Below are positions 47,082 to 56,614 of a DNA stretch of 57,053 nt, one piece after another. This DNA is from an uncultured Fibrobacterota bacterium (GTDB lineage: Bacteria > Fibrobacterota > Chitinivibrionia > Chitinivibrionales > CAYFVL01). The DNA lies in the NCBI GenBank assembly GCA_964346405.1, contig CAYFVL010000001.1, forward strand, positions 4,640-61,692. Reading direction: 5' to 3'. A model generated the notes under the pieces. It was not told the DNA's origin. It saw only the letters and a program-made list of their open reading frames with translations, and did not search any database. Numbering within the stretch: the stretch's first letter is position 1; each line of letters begins with the position of its first letter. The translations under genes were made by a program, and so were the position numbers.

Positions 47082-48188
47082 ATGTGCAAGCCGGGACCAC
47101 GGCAGGCAGGAAAAACCACCCTTGTTCGAGCCGCCTTTCCCAGGCATGAATACGTGAGCCTTGAATCCCCCGACATGCGGTCCTTTGCTCAGAGTGATCC
47201 AAGGGGATTTCTGGATACATACAGCCGGGGTGCTATTCTCGATGAGGTACAGAACGTCCCGCAGTTGATGTCGTATATACAGGGAATAGTGGACCTGGAC
47301 AGTCGAATGGGTCGCTTCATTCTGACCGGATCACAGAACTTTCTTCTCCTGGACAGCATTACCCAAAGCCTGGCCGGAAGAACCGCCATTCTCAATCTGC
47401 TGCCATTCAGCATGAGAGAACTCCTGGATGCGGGAATGATGCGCGAGCAGTGGGAAAACTGGACTTTCCACGGATTCTATCCCCCAATCTACGATCGTAA
47501 TCCGCGTCCGGACGAATGGATGCCGGCCTACATTCAAACCTATCTTGAACGCGATATCCGGAGTATCAGCAATGTCCATGATTTGAGCACTTTCCAGAAC
47601 TTCATGAAACTGTGTGCCGGCAGAGTTGGTCAAATTGTAAAGCTGAGTTCGCTAAGCAATGATCTGGGTGTCGATCAGAAGACAGTACGTTCATGGCTGT
47701 CTGTTCTGGAAACGAATTTCACAGTTTTTCTATTGCGACCATATTACCGAAATTTCAACAAGCGAGTAATCAAATCACCGAAAATTTACTTTTTTGACAC
47801 CGGACTCGCATGCAATCTTCTTGGCATCAGGTCACCTCGGGAGCTACAAATCCATTACGCCAAAGGTAACCTCTTTGAAAACTTCGTTCTTGCCGAACTC
47901 TGGAAAAACAAACTCAATAACGCGCAGCCACCTCACCTTTACTTCTGGCGCGACAGCAAAGGTCATGAAGTGGATTGTCTTTGGGAGCAGGCGGGCGGGA
48001 TTGGCGCAATGGAAATAAAGGCAGGCAAAACAGTCGCCCCCGACTTTTTCAAGGGACTGGATTTCTTGCGCACGGCAGCCGGAGAATCGTCGGTGAAATC
48101 CTATCTTGTGTACGGCGGCGAAACGGAGCAAAAACGCACCAATGCCCACGTTTTGCCGTGGCGTAGCATCTCAGATTTCATGGTTTAG
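47082..48188 (+). CDS. AAA-family ATPase with DUF4143 C-terminal domain (possibly 5'-truncated)
   Basis: The P-loop GPRQAGKTTL begins only 5 residues after the first Met. Family members normally carry about 20-30 residues before it. An in-frame TGA lies at 47058. Confidence 0.7.
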   Translation: MCKPGPRQAGKTTLVRAAFPRHEYVSLESPDMRSFAQSDPRGFLDTYSRGAILDEVQNVPQLMSYIQGIVDLDSRMGRFILTGSQNFLLLDSITQSLAGRTAILNLLPFSMRELLDAGMMREQWENWTFHGFYPPIYDRNPRPDEWMPAYIQTYLERDIRSISNVHDLSTFQNFMKLCAGRVGQIVKLSSLSNDLGVDQKTVRSWLSVLETNFTVFLLRPYYRNFNKRVIKSPKIYFFDTGLACNLLGIRSPRELQIHYAKGNLFENFVLAELWKNKLNNAQPPHLYFWRDSKGHEVDCLWEQAGGIGAMEIKAGKTVAPDFFKGLDFLRTAAGESSVKSYLVYGGETEQKRTNAHVLPWRSISDFMV

Positions 48189-48419
48189 CCGTTACCAGGC
48201 TTTGAAACACTGCCTCCCAGGCAACGGGTTCCCAGCCACCGGCCCGCGGGCATTTTCGTTCCAGATAGTATTTTGTTTGATTCCCCTTTCTACGCCCGAA
48301 GCAATGGCGACGGGCGAGCCGTGTTGGTTCCGAAGCAATACCGCACATCGATGCGATTGGATTACCGGCTAACTTGCGCGGCCGATCGGAAGAAGATAGT
48401 GAAACCGCAATTCTAAATC

Positions 48420-50429
48420 ATGGAAGCCAAAATGAAATCACTTACCGCAAAACTGCAAAACATACTGGACCCATCGAAATCCACGGCCAGGGAACGCTAC
48501 GAAGCGTTTATCGACGGCGGGGGCGGAGTCGTTACGAAGCAGCAGGTTGCCCTGGAAAACGTATCGGCGCACTACGCCCAGGGCGGTCTCGAGCTTACGG
48601 CGACCAACCACGGCATACCGCAAGAGGAACCCTGGACCGATCTGACCGACTTTCCCCGAAAGACCTATGCGGAAGCAACCCCACCGGTGCTGGAATTTCC
48701 GCAATCCTGGCAGGGGTACGACAGCCTGTGGGCTTCGGTAACGAACGGCGATAAACCGCTCACTTTCGAACTGACGGTTGTCGGCGCACGTGGCCGCATG
48801 ACCGACTCCCAGGAACTTCACCCGGGACAAACCGCCGATTTCATTATCGATCTCACCGGTCTTCCGCTGGTACAGGGGAAAATGCCCGAATTCGAGCCGG
48901 TCGGAATCCGGCTGGTCATGTACTGGAAAGGTGAAGATATACCTCACTCCGTCACCATCAATAAAATGGTTCTTAACCCGTCGGCGGGCTCTTCAATCAC
49001 TCCCTGTGTCGACCGTTGGGGACAGAGAAAAAACAGCTCGTGGCCGGGAAAGGTGCGTTCCGATGAAGACATGCGTCACCAGTTGACCGAGGAACGCAAA
49101 CTGTTGAACTCGCTTCCCGAACCCAAAGACCGCACGAAATATGGCGGATGGGCAGACGGTCCCAGATTCGAAGCTTCCGGTTTCTTCCGAGTTACACAGG
49201 CCGACGACGGACGATGGTGGTATGTCGATCCGGAGGGATACGCTTATCTCTCAATGGGCCCCACCGGTGTGCGTGAAGGCGATTCTACTCGATCTCTGGG
49301 TAGAGAATTCCTCTTTGAGGAACTACCCGATCCAAATGGTCCCGAGGGATTCTGTTATGATACGGACGGTAATATTCGACTCTATTATCTCAACGTGCTT
49401 CGAAAGTACGGATCCATGGAGTCCTGGAGGGATCATGTGTGCTTCCGGTTCAGAAAATGGGGCGTTTCGACGATCGCCAACTGGTCTTCGCACATAATGT
49501 TCGCCCAGGAACAGGTTCCGTATGTCAGAACACTTGGAACCCGTCGACTGGAAGACACGTGGGTTACAAAGGGGTTCAATGATGTATTCGATCACCGATG
49601 GGAGCAGTCGTTTGATGAAGACTGCCGTGAAACCGGCGAAGCAAACCGCGACAACCCCTGGATTCTGGGATACTTCATCGATAACGAATCGAGCTGGCGT
49701 AAGTTCCGGGTGTTCGATGCCAAACCGGACGCCGCGATTCGTGATGAATGGATGAAGATCGTGCGTGAAAATTATGAAACAGTCCAGGCGTTCAACGATG
49801 CCTGCGGATTTTCACTTGCGGACTGGGACGCGGTAAAAAGTGTGTCCGAAGAAGACATGCCGCGAGAGGGAGCGGCCCTTGTCCTTCGCGAAAAACTCGA
49901 AGACGCTTATGCCGAACGCTATTTCTCGAAAGTCCGGGAGATTTTCAAACGCCACAATCCGAATCATCTGTATCTCGGTAATCGCTTCACCCGTGTGCCG
50001 CCCCGGGCAAATATAGTCCGGACGGCCGGTGAATACGTCGATGTTCTCAGCGTAAACTGCTACACTCACAAACCGGACCGGGCGGCGTTTGACGAATGGT
50101 ATGCAATGGCACAAAAGCCGATACAAATCGGCGAACACCAGCTTTCAAAGCACGGTCCTCGCCAATATCCGCCACTGTGGCCGTCGTTTACCGGAGAAGA
50201 ACGACGCAAGTATTACCCGATTTTCGATCGCGCACTGTTCAGTATGCCATACGGCATCGGCAGCCACTGGTTCCAGCATGCCGATCAGCATATTACCGGT
50301 CGCCCGAGCAACGGCGAGAATATGGCTATCGGATGGGTAGATATAACCGATCGTCCGCAACCCGATATGGTCGATGCGGTGCGAGAGATCTGCGCGAATA
50401 TGTATGTGTGGCATGCGGATTCAAAATAG
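48420..50429 (+). CDS. Clan GH-A (TIM-barrel) glycoside hydrolase, GH50/GH42-like, with no signal peptide
   Basis: DGRWWYVDPEGYAYLSMG, a candidate acid/base in WILGYFIDNESSW, a candidate nucleophile in PIQIGEHQ, and NYETVQAFNDACG. The family assignment is tentative. Confidence 0.55.
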   Translation: MEAKMKSLTAKLQNILDPSKSTARERYEAFIDGGGGVVTKQQVALENVSAHYAQGGLELTATNHGIPQEEPWTDLTDFPRKTYAEATPPVLEFPQSWQGYDSLWASVTNGDKPLTFELTVVGARGRMTDSQELHPGQTADFIIDLTGLPLVQGKMPEFEPVGIRLVMYWKGEDIPHSVTINKMVLNPSAGSSITPCVDRWGQRKNSSWPGKVRSDEDMRHQLTEERKLLNSLPEPKDRTKYGGWADGPRFEASGFFRVTQADDGRWWYVDPEGYAYLSMGPTGVREGDSTRSLGREFLFEELPDPNGPEGFCYDTDGNIRLYYLNVLRKYGSMESWRDHVCFRFRKWGVSTIANWSSHIMFAQEQVPYVRTLGTRRLEDTWVTKGFNDVFDHRWEQSFDEDCRETGEANRDNPWILGYFIDNESSWRKFRVFDAKPDAAIRDEWMKIVRENYETVQAFNDACGFSLADWDAVKSVSEEDMPREGAALVLREKLEDAYAERYFSKVREIFKRHNPNHLYLGNRFTRVPPRANIVRTAGEYVDVLSVNCYTHKPDRAAFDEWYAMAQKPIQIGEHQLSKHGPRQYPPLWPSFTGEERRKYYPIFDRALFSMPYGIGSHWFQHADQHITGRPSNGENMAIGWVDITDRPQPDMVDAVREICANMYVWHADSK

Positions 50430-50553
50430 GTCTCGATCGGGCGATTCCGGATGAGCCCGGCATTCGCTGTGTCAGGCGGGAAGGGCGTAAACGGAATATC
50501 GCAAGTCGAGTGAACTGAACGGGGATTGATCAAACGCAAACGAGGAGGCGTAA

Positions 50554-52302
50554 ATGGCGCAAGACAAGCAAAAGTGGATTGATGATAAAATCGGCGCAAT
50601 GAATCTCGACCAGAAAGTCGGTCAGATGATGGTCTTTGGATTGTGCGGACCGATCATTACGCCGGATACTGTCGAGATGATCTCCAAATATCATGTAGGT
50701 GGTGTTCGGATCAGCCAGATATTCCGGGTTATAACGCTGAACAACGACGTGAAACCCGGAGAAGAGCCGGACCCGATGACAATGAAATCGATGCATCCGC
50801 CGGCCGGGCTGAACAAGGACTATTCCTATCCCAAAGCCCCCCCGCGTGCGACAGCCGGTGAATACGCGGCCGTGCTCAACAAACTCCGACGGATCTCACT
50901 GGAACGGGAGCTGGGAGTACCGGTTCATTTTACAATCGATCAGGAAGGAAGCGGATCGGACGACATGCTGGGTGGACAACGCCTCTTTCCTCACCCAATG
51001 GGAATTTCATCTTCAGGCGATCCGTCACTGGCTTACCGTGTTGCAAAAGCAATCGGGATGCAGGCACGTGCACTGGGTGCAAACATGATTCATTCTCCTG
51101 TACTGGATGTCAATACCAATCCGAAGAATCCGGAAATCGGTACGCGAGCGTACGGGGATACGGCCGAAACCGTCACGACCTATGCATTGGAGAGCCTCAA
51201 GGGATTCCTGGAAGCCGGCATGATACCTACCGGGAAACACTTCCCCGGCCGCGGCGAGTCGATGGCCGACGCCCACTGGGGACTTCCGTCGGTAGATCTT
51301 GACAAGGACACGCTATTTGCAAACCATATCAAACCTTACACGGAAATGATAGCGGCGGGCTTGCCGGCAATCATGACTGCCCACTCACTGTACCCCGCCC
51401 TTGGCGTCACCGAGAAGCCGTCAAGCATGACCCGTTCCCTGGTCACCGACTACCTTCGGGGGGAGCTGGGCTTTACCGGTGTAATTACAACGGACAATAT
51501 GATGATGGGCGGCATCCTTAAGCAGTACGAAATGTCCGAGGCAATCGTGCAGGCACTGATTGCCGGAAACGATCTGGTTCTATGCCGTGACGAAAGTCCG
51601 GTTCGGTTCAAGATTCTCGAGGATGTGAAAAAGGCCGTGCGGGAAGGACGGCTTCCGGAAAAGGAAGTCGATGAAAAGCTGCAGCGAATTCTCGGTATGC
51701 GCTGGGATATGGGGATAGTCGAAAAACCTGAATCCGATCCGGCGGCGGCCGACGAAATCACCCGGGATTCTTTCGTGGTAAATACCGCCGACGAAGCCGC
51801 GAAAAAATCGGTGAGTCTTCTTCGAGACGGCCAGAACGTACTCCCCCTGAAAAAGGATAAAAAGATACTCCTGGTAGAACAGATATTCCCGTCTCAAGCC
51901 GCCCAGAACAACATGTATTCCCATCCGGGCCTTCTTTGGGAAGAGATGCTCCAACACGCGCCGAATGTGGGACAGATCGAAATCGAGAACACTCCCGGCG
52001 ATTTGGACAGGGCGAGGATACGGAGACGTCTTATGTCGGACGACTTCGACATTATAGTGACAACAAATTACTATTACCATAAGGCCGCCGCCGCTATTGG
52101 CGATATCGTTCGGGAACTGATGCAGACGGGGAAACCGGTAATCGTGGTTACCAACACTCCGTACGAATTCGGCGCCGAACCCGAATTCCCGTCGGTGGTA
52201 GTCTGCTATCAACCGGGCGGACGCGAACACATGAAAGCGGTGGCTGATATGCTTTTCGGCGACTTGAAGTCGACGGGAACGCCTCCGGTGGCCCTTTCGT
52301 AA
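50554..52302 (+). CDS. GH3 glycosidase (NagZ/beta-glucosidase-like), with no signal peptide
   Basis: KVGQMMVFG, FTIDQEGSG, HSPVLDVNTNPKNPEIGTRAYG, GKHFPGRGES..DAH and GVITTDNMMMGG. The RBS GAGGAGG lies upstream. Confidence 0.85.
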   Translation: MAQDKQKWIDDKIGAMNLDQKVGQMMVFGLCGPIITPDTVEMISKYHVGGVRISQIFRVITLNNDVKPGEEPDPMTMKSMHPPAGLNKDYSYPKAPPRATAGEYAAVLNKLRRISLERELGVPVHFTIDQEGSGSDDMLGGQRLFPHPMGISSSGDPSLAYRVAKAIGMQARALGANMIHSPVLDVNTNPKNPEIGTRAYGDTAETVTTYALESLKGFLEAGMIPTGKHFPGRGESMADAHWGLPSVDLDKDTLFANHIKPYTEMIAAGLPAIMTAHSLYPALGVTEKPSSMTRSLVTDYLRGELGFTGVITTDNMMMGGILKQYEMSEAIVQALIAGNDLVLCRDESPVRFKILEDVKKAVREGRLPEKEVDEKLQRILGMRWDMGIVEKPESDPAAADEITRDSFVVNTADEAAKKSVSLLRDGQNVLPLKKDKKILLVEQIFPSQAAQNNMYSHPGLLWEEMLQHAPNVGQIEIENTPGDLDRARIRRRLMSDDFDIIVTTNYYYHKAAAAIGDIVRELMQTGKPVIVVTNTPYEFGAEPEFPSVVVCYQPGGREHMKAVADMLFGDLKSTGTPPVALS

Positions 52303-52345
52303 TCCGGCTATTCTAACGTACCGCTATAACTTTTATTGGTAATCT

Positions 52346-53662
52346 ATGAAAGAAAAAGCCTCTCCAATAAATATCATCTGGTTGCTCATGATTGTGGCGG
52401 CTACCGTTACCGCCGCGTACACCGGCAAAATGCAGGCGGTTACGGATGCCTCCCTCGATTCGGCAAAAAGCGCGGTAATGCTCGTCATAGGGCTTATCGG
52501 TCCAATGGCGCTATGGCTTGGAATCATGCGAGTTGTTGAAGAAGCCGGGGCTCTCCATGGTGTGGCTCGAGCTATCCGCCCGTTGACGGTGCGGTTGTTT
52601 CCCGATGTGCCCCCGGAACATCCCGCGATGTCGGCAATGATCATGAACTTTGCCGCAAACGCCCTGGGCCTGGGCAACGCCGCAACACCAATGGGAATCA
52701 AGGCGATGAAAGAGCTGGATTCCTTAAACAAGGAAACAGGCACCGCCACAAATGCAATGTGCCTGTTTCTGGCGATAAATACATCGAGCATAACGCTGCT
52801 TCCCCTTGGTGCAATAACCGTACGGGCCTCTGCCGGCGCGGACAATCCCGCGCTTATCCTCGTTCCCTCGATTCTGGCTACGGGCATATCCACCACGGTA
52901 GCGATCATTGCCGCGAAACTGATGTCTCGCGGCACCGCCATTCCTCAACCATCACGGAAAACCGAATCAAAATCATCCGAGGGAAGCGAACCGCGTGTTA
53001 AAACCGCCGCCGATGAAGCGGAACTCGCACCTCCCGGCATCATATCCAAGGCGGTGATCATTCTCCTGATCGCGGGGTTTCTGGGAGCGGTCGTATATCG
53101 GATTTCCGGAGGAGAAGTTCCGTCACTCGGCAGTCAGGAATTCATGACGGGTATTTCTTACTGGCTTCTTCCCATACTCATGTGCGGCCTTCTCCTGATC
53201 GGTTTCTTTCGTGGTGTAAAGGTGTACGAGGGTCTTACCGAAGGGGCAAAAGAGGGGTTTACCACCGCTGTTCGGATTATTCCATTTGTAGTGGCCATTT
53301 TCGTGGCCATTGGGATGTTCCGGGCGAGCGGGGCACTTGAGTTGCTCAATGAATTGCTGAGTCCGTTTACCTCATTGATCGGTATGCCGCCCGAAGCCGT
53401 TCCAATGGCACTCATTCGACCACTGTCCGGAAGCGGCGCATTCGGCGTGATGTCGGAGATCGTGTCGAACGCACCAAACAGCTTCACGGCATTTCTTGTA
53501 TCGGTTATGCAAGGTTCGACTGAGACCACCTTCTATGTGCTGGCGGTTTACTTCGGAAGCATCGGAATTCGTCGCACGCGCCACGCTCTTCCGGCCGCAC
53601 TCAGCGCCGACGCAGCGGGTATTTTCGCGGCATTGTTCATTAGTCATCTTTTCTGGCGTTAA
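52346..53662 (+). CDS. Nucleoside-recognition (Gate) domain membrane protein, SpmA/SpmB-like fusion
   Basis: INIIWLLMIVAATVTAAYTGKMQAVTDASLDSAKSAVMLVIGLIGPMALWLGIMRVVEEAG is SpmA-like, and the second half is SpmB-like. Its TAA stop is the first triplet of repeat copy d. Confidence 0.7.
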   Translation: MKEKASPINIIWLLMIVAATVTAAYTGKMQAVTDASLDSAKSAVMLVIGLIGPMALWLGIMRVVEEAGALHGVARAIRPLTVRLFPDVPPEHPAMSAMIMNFAANALGLGNAATPMGIKAMKELDSLNKETGTATNAMCLFLAINTSSITLLPLGAITVRASAGADNPALILVPSILATGISTTVAIIAAKLMSRGTAIPQPSRKTESKSSEGSEPRVKTAADEAELAPPGIISKAVIILLIAGFLGAVVYRISGGEVPSLGSQEFMTGISYWLLPILMCGLLLIGFFRGVKVYEGLTEGAKEGFTTAVRIIPFVVAIFVAIGMFRASGALELLNELLSPFTSLIGMPPEAVPMALIRPLSGSGAFGVMSEIVSNAPNSFTAFLVSVMQGSTETTFYVLAVYFGSIGIRRTRHALPAALSADAAGIFAALFISHLFWR

Positions 53663-53738
53663 CCCGACTTCCGCAATCGACTCACGGTCCCGCCGTGTGG
53701 GACGTAAGCTGTTGCACGATCTCGACTGTCGAAATCGA
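53660..53738 (+). repeat. Interspersed stop-codon-abutting repeat, copy d
   Basis: The copy reads TAACCCGACTTCCGCAATCGACTCACGGTCCCGCCGTGTGGGACGTAAGCTGTTGCACGATCTCGACTGTCGAAATCGAG. It shares CTCGACTGTCGAA with copy c. The internal hairpin has been replaced by GTCCC-GCCGTGT-GGGAC. Confidence 0.8.
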
Positions 53739-53766
53739 GAAAAGATTATAACTGGTACGGATCACT

Positions 53767-54432
53767 ATGAAAGACAAGATTTTTTCTGAACCGAAGATCG
53801 CACGATGGATGGAAACTGTAGAGAGTAACGGATGCGCCATTCACAAAGTTGAACCACTGAGTCTGCTTGAGCGCCACAACGGCGAGATACTGTTTGCGCT
53901 CCTTGAAGCCGATGTTCGTGACGAATCCGGCCACAAATTGCCGTCTTGGGTGTTCCTTCGTGGCGATGCCTGCGTAATTGTCCCGCTGGTACGTAATATT
54001 AGCACCGGTGAAGAACGTTTTCTCATGGTTGAGCAGCGAAGGATCGGTCATGGGGGGCTCAGTCTCGAATTCCCCGCGGGAATGCTTGACCGCAATGTCG
54101 ACGATGCGCTCCGAGTGGCCCAAAAAGAACTCGAGGAAGAAACCGGGCTACGTGTATCGGACGATCAACTCAAACCCTTGTGGCCACGACCAATGTACAG
54201 TTCTTCGGGGGGAAGCGACGAAGCAATTCATTTCTTCGGCTGTACCGTTGAGGTTGACGATAAGACATACCATGCATTTGACGGATCGGTTCTGGGTGAA
54301 AAACAGGAAAACGAGCACCTCACCGTCCGTCTGAAAACGCGTGCCCAAGCCCAACGAGAGATCTCCTCTTTGCAGGTACTTTTGGGGTTCACACTGTTTG
54401 AGCGAGCATTCGGTGAAGAAGGTTGGATGTGA
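53767..54432 (+). CDS. Nudix hydrolase
   Basis: The Nudix box is FPAGMLDRNVDDALRVAQKELEEETGL. Confidence 0.8.
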   Translation: MKDKIFSEPKIARWMETVESNGCAIHKVEPLSLLERHNGEILFALLEADVRDESGHKLPSWVFLRGDACVIVPLVRNISTGEERFLMVEQRRIGHGGLSLEFPAGMLDRNVDDALRVAQKELEEETGLRVSDDQLKPLWPRPMYSSSGGSDEAIHFFGCTVEVDDKTYHAFDGSVLGEKQENEHLTVRLKTRAQAQREISSLQVLLGFTLFERAFGEEGWM

Positions 54433-55970
54433 AAACGATTGAAGGACGTGATGACATTCTCAGGGCATTTTCCGGTCCGCCGACAGATGAATCACGCGCG
54501 ATAATCGGAGTACCCTCGGCCGTTTTTTATCCTGAAAACATCCGTGACATAGAAGCCGTGGTAGAGCAAGCCCTACTGGAACGCAAGGATATTACCATTC
54601 TGGGAGGACGCACCGGGATTACAGCCGGGAGCGCTCCGAATGAGGGCTCGTATGCGATTTCGTTTGAAAAGCTCAATCGCATACTTGAAGTAATCTCCGA
54701 TACCAATGGAATCATTCTGCGTTGCGAACCCGGCGTCACCATCGACCGAATCACGGATTTCTGCCGCTCTCCCGATGCAGCCGTACCGGGCGCCGACAGT
54801 CTCGAACCGGGCAAATGGTTCTACCCTCCCGATCCCACGGAAGCAACCGCCCAATTGGGGGGAACAGTCGCCACAAACGCTTCGGGCGCACGGTCGTTTC
54901 GGTTCGGGTCCACCAGAAACCACGTGGATTCACTCTCGGTATTGACCGTCGAAGGAGACCGGTTCGAGATCAGGCGAGGGAAGATCTTTTTTACCGATGA
55001 CTCGGTAACCCTTACAACCTCTTGCGGGAAAAACATAACGATACCCGCGCCCATTTATCGCACCCCCGTTTCTAAAGCAGTTTGTGGATATTATGCACGC
55101 GATGACATGGATCTTATCGATCTCTTCATCGGTTCAGAGGGAACACTGGGCATATTCCATGAAATTGAAATCCGTCTCTCTCCCTCACCACACTTCCTGG
55201 GTGGGTTGAGTTTTTTCCATACAAGTGAACATGCCTTTTCCTTTGCGGAATTTCTCCGTATCCAGGAACATGTGGCAGCCGTGGAGTTTTTCGATCAATC
55301 CGCACTTGCGTTTATGCGAACCCATATGGAGGAACAGCCGATATCTTTTCCCAGAATCCCCGACGAAGCCGGGGCTGCATTGTACTGGGAGTACATGGAT
55401 GCCGTCGAGACTCCTTTCGATGACGTCCTCGAGGCATGGGAAGATGCACTTCTGGCGAACGGTTCTTCGTTTGAGTCGACATGGAGTGGATTTGACACAT
55501 CAGAAATGAACAAACTGAAGGCGTTTCGCCACGCGATCCCTGAGTTGGTCAACCAGGTCACGGGTATGCGTAAACGCGAGATTCCTTCCCTTCGCAAGGT
55601 AGGAACGGATACCGCCGTTCCGTTGGAGAGTTTCCCCAAAGTGTATCGCGAGTATACCGACTTGCTCGATCAGTCGGGTATTGAATGGCTCGCTTTCGGG
55701 CACATCGGCGACTGCCACCTGCATTTCAACCTTCTCCCGGGAACGGACGAAGAATTGAACAGGGCTCTCCAGATTTACAAAAAGATGATGTACATAGCGA
55801 TTCGCGAAGACGGCTGCATTTCTGCGGAACATGGAATCGGAAAAATCAAAACCGACTATCTTCAGGAAATGGCGGGATCCGAGGCCATGGCTTCAATGAG
55901 GCGAATCAAGCGGGCGCTGGATCCGCGTTTTCGTCTCAATCGAGGAAACCTGTTTGCGCCCGACGAATGA
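54423..55970 (+). CDS. FAD-linked oxidase (GlcD / D-lactate dehydrogenase-like)
   Basis: The FAD_binding_4 pattern is ILGGRTGITAGS...GSEGTLGIFHEIEIRL. The C-terminal pattern is ISAEHGIGKIKTDYL...MRRIKRALDP. A TTG start overlaps the Nudix stop. Confidence 0.8.
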   Translation: MDVKTIEGRDDILRAFSGPPTDESRAIIGVPSAVFYPENIRDIEAVVEQALLERKDITILGGRTGITAGSAPNEGSYAISFEKLNRILEVISDTNGIILRCEPGVTIDRITDFCRSPDAAVPGADSLEPGKWFYPPDPTEATAQLGGTVATNASGARSFRFGSTRNHVDSLSVLTVEGDRFEIRRGKIFFTDDSVTLTTSCGKNITIPAPIYRTPVSKAVCGYYARDDMDLIDLFIGSEGTLGIFHEIEIRLSPSPHFLGGLSFFHTSEHAFSFAEFLRIQEHVAAVEFFDQSALAFMRTHMEEQPISFPRIPDEAGAALYWEYMDAVETPFDDVLEAWEDALLANGSSFESTWSGFDTSEMNKLKAFRHAIPELVNQVTGMRKREIPSLRKVGTDTAVPLESFPKVYREYTDLLDQSGIEWLAFGHIGDCHLHFNLLPGTDEELNRALQIYKKMMYIAIREDGCISAEHGIGKIKTDYLQEMAGSEAMASMRRIKRALDPRFRLNRGNLFAPDE

Positions 55971-56078
55971 TTTCAGCGTTTGCCGCCCAATCCGGCTGTG
56001 TTTCCGGCCATTCAACACCCATCAGGGCATAGCCCGGGTTTTCGCTTCCGGTTTGCGGTTTCTCAACCCGGCTTTTAT

Positions 56079-56094
56079 TGTCGAACTCGGGTCA
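56079..56094 (-). repeat. Arm-only copy g of the interspersed repeat (minus strand)
   Basis: The minus strand reads TGACCCGAGTTCGACAA, identical to the minus-strand reading of the 3' arm of copy c apart from the stop triplet (TGA here, TAG in c). Its TGA is the stop codon of the STAS gene. Similarity is lost after about 18 nt. Confidence 0.6.
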
Positions 56095-56466
56095 GGTATC
56101 GGGCAACTCATCCTCGTGCGAATAAACATCGATTATGCTGTCTATATTCATCTGCATGATAAGATCGAGAAGGTTTGCATTGGGTTCCAGAATGCACAGG
56201 TCTCCCCCGTGCTCGCGTACCATTTTGAAACAGTTTATCAAGACCGATACGGCTCCGCTGTACAGGTAGGATGAGTCGGTAAAACTTACCGCGATATTTT
56301 CGAATCCGCTCTTCAGGTATCCCGTGATGAGCGCGTTGAGTTCGGTAAGATCCGATATCACGTTCATTGGCGAGCGTATTTTGACAATACGATATTTACC
56401 ACGGTTGTACACCTCGATTTTTATTGACAATTCAGCACCCTTTTGTGATGAATCATTCGTGCTCAT
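56092..56466 (-). CDS. STAS-domain protein (anti-sigma-factor antagonist, SpoIIAA-like)
   Basis: I moved the start to Met90 of the ORF (MSTNDSSQKG...). The upstream part of the ORF runs through the repeat array. The STAS pattern is IVKIRSPMNVISDLTELNALI...IAVSFTDSSYLYSGAVSVLINCFKMVREHGGDLCIL. Confidence 0.7.
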   Translation of the reverse strand: MSTNDSSQKGAELSIKIEVYNRGKYRIVKIRSPMNVISDLTELNALITGYLKSGFENIAVSFTDSSYLYSGAVSVLINCFKMVREHGGDLCILEPNANLLDLIMQMNIDSIIDVYSHEDELPDT

Positions 56467-56614
56467 AATGCTTGAACCTCTTGTGAATGTAATTTGTCCA
56501 TAATAGTCCGGCCGGCCGGCCGGGGAGTCGGAGCCGTTGGTATTGTACCATGAGAAAAGGTATGATTCAAGTTGGACCTGAGTTGAGCGATTGTCACTGT
56601 GATTTTTTAGAGTT

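Noticed and set aside
43861-48200. Genomic island integrated at tRNA-Val
   Set aside because: There is no integrase or recombinase. I could not see a downstream direct repeat of the tRNA 3' end. The idea is kept only as a remark inside the AraC finding.
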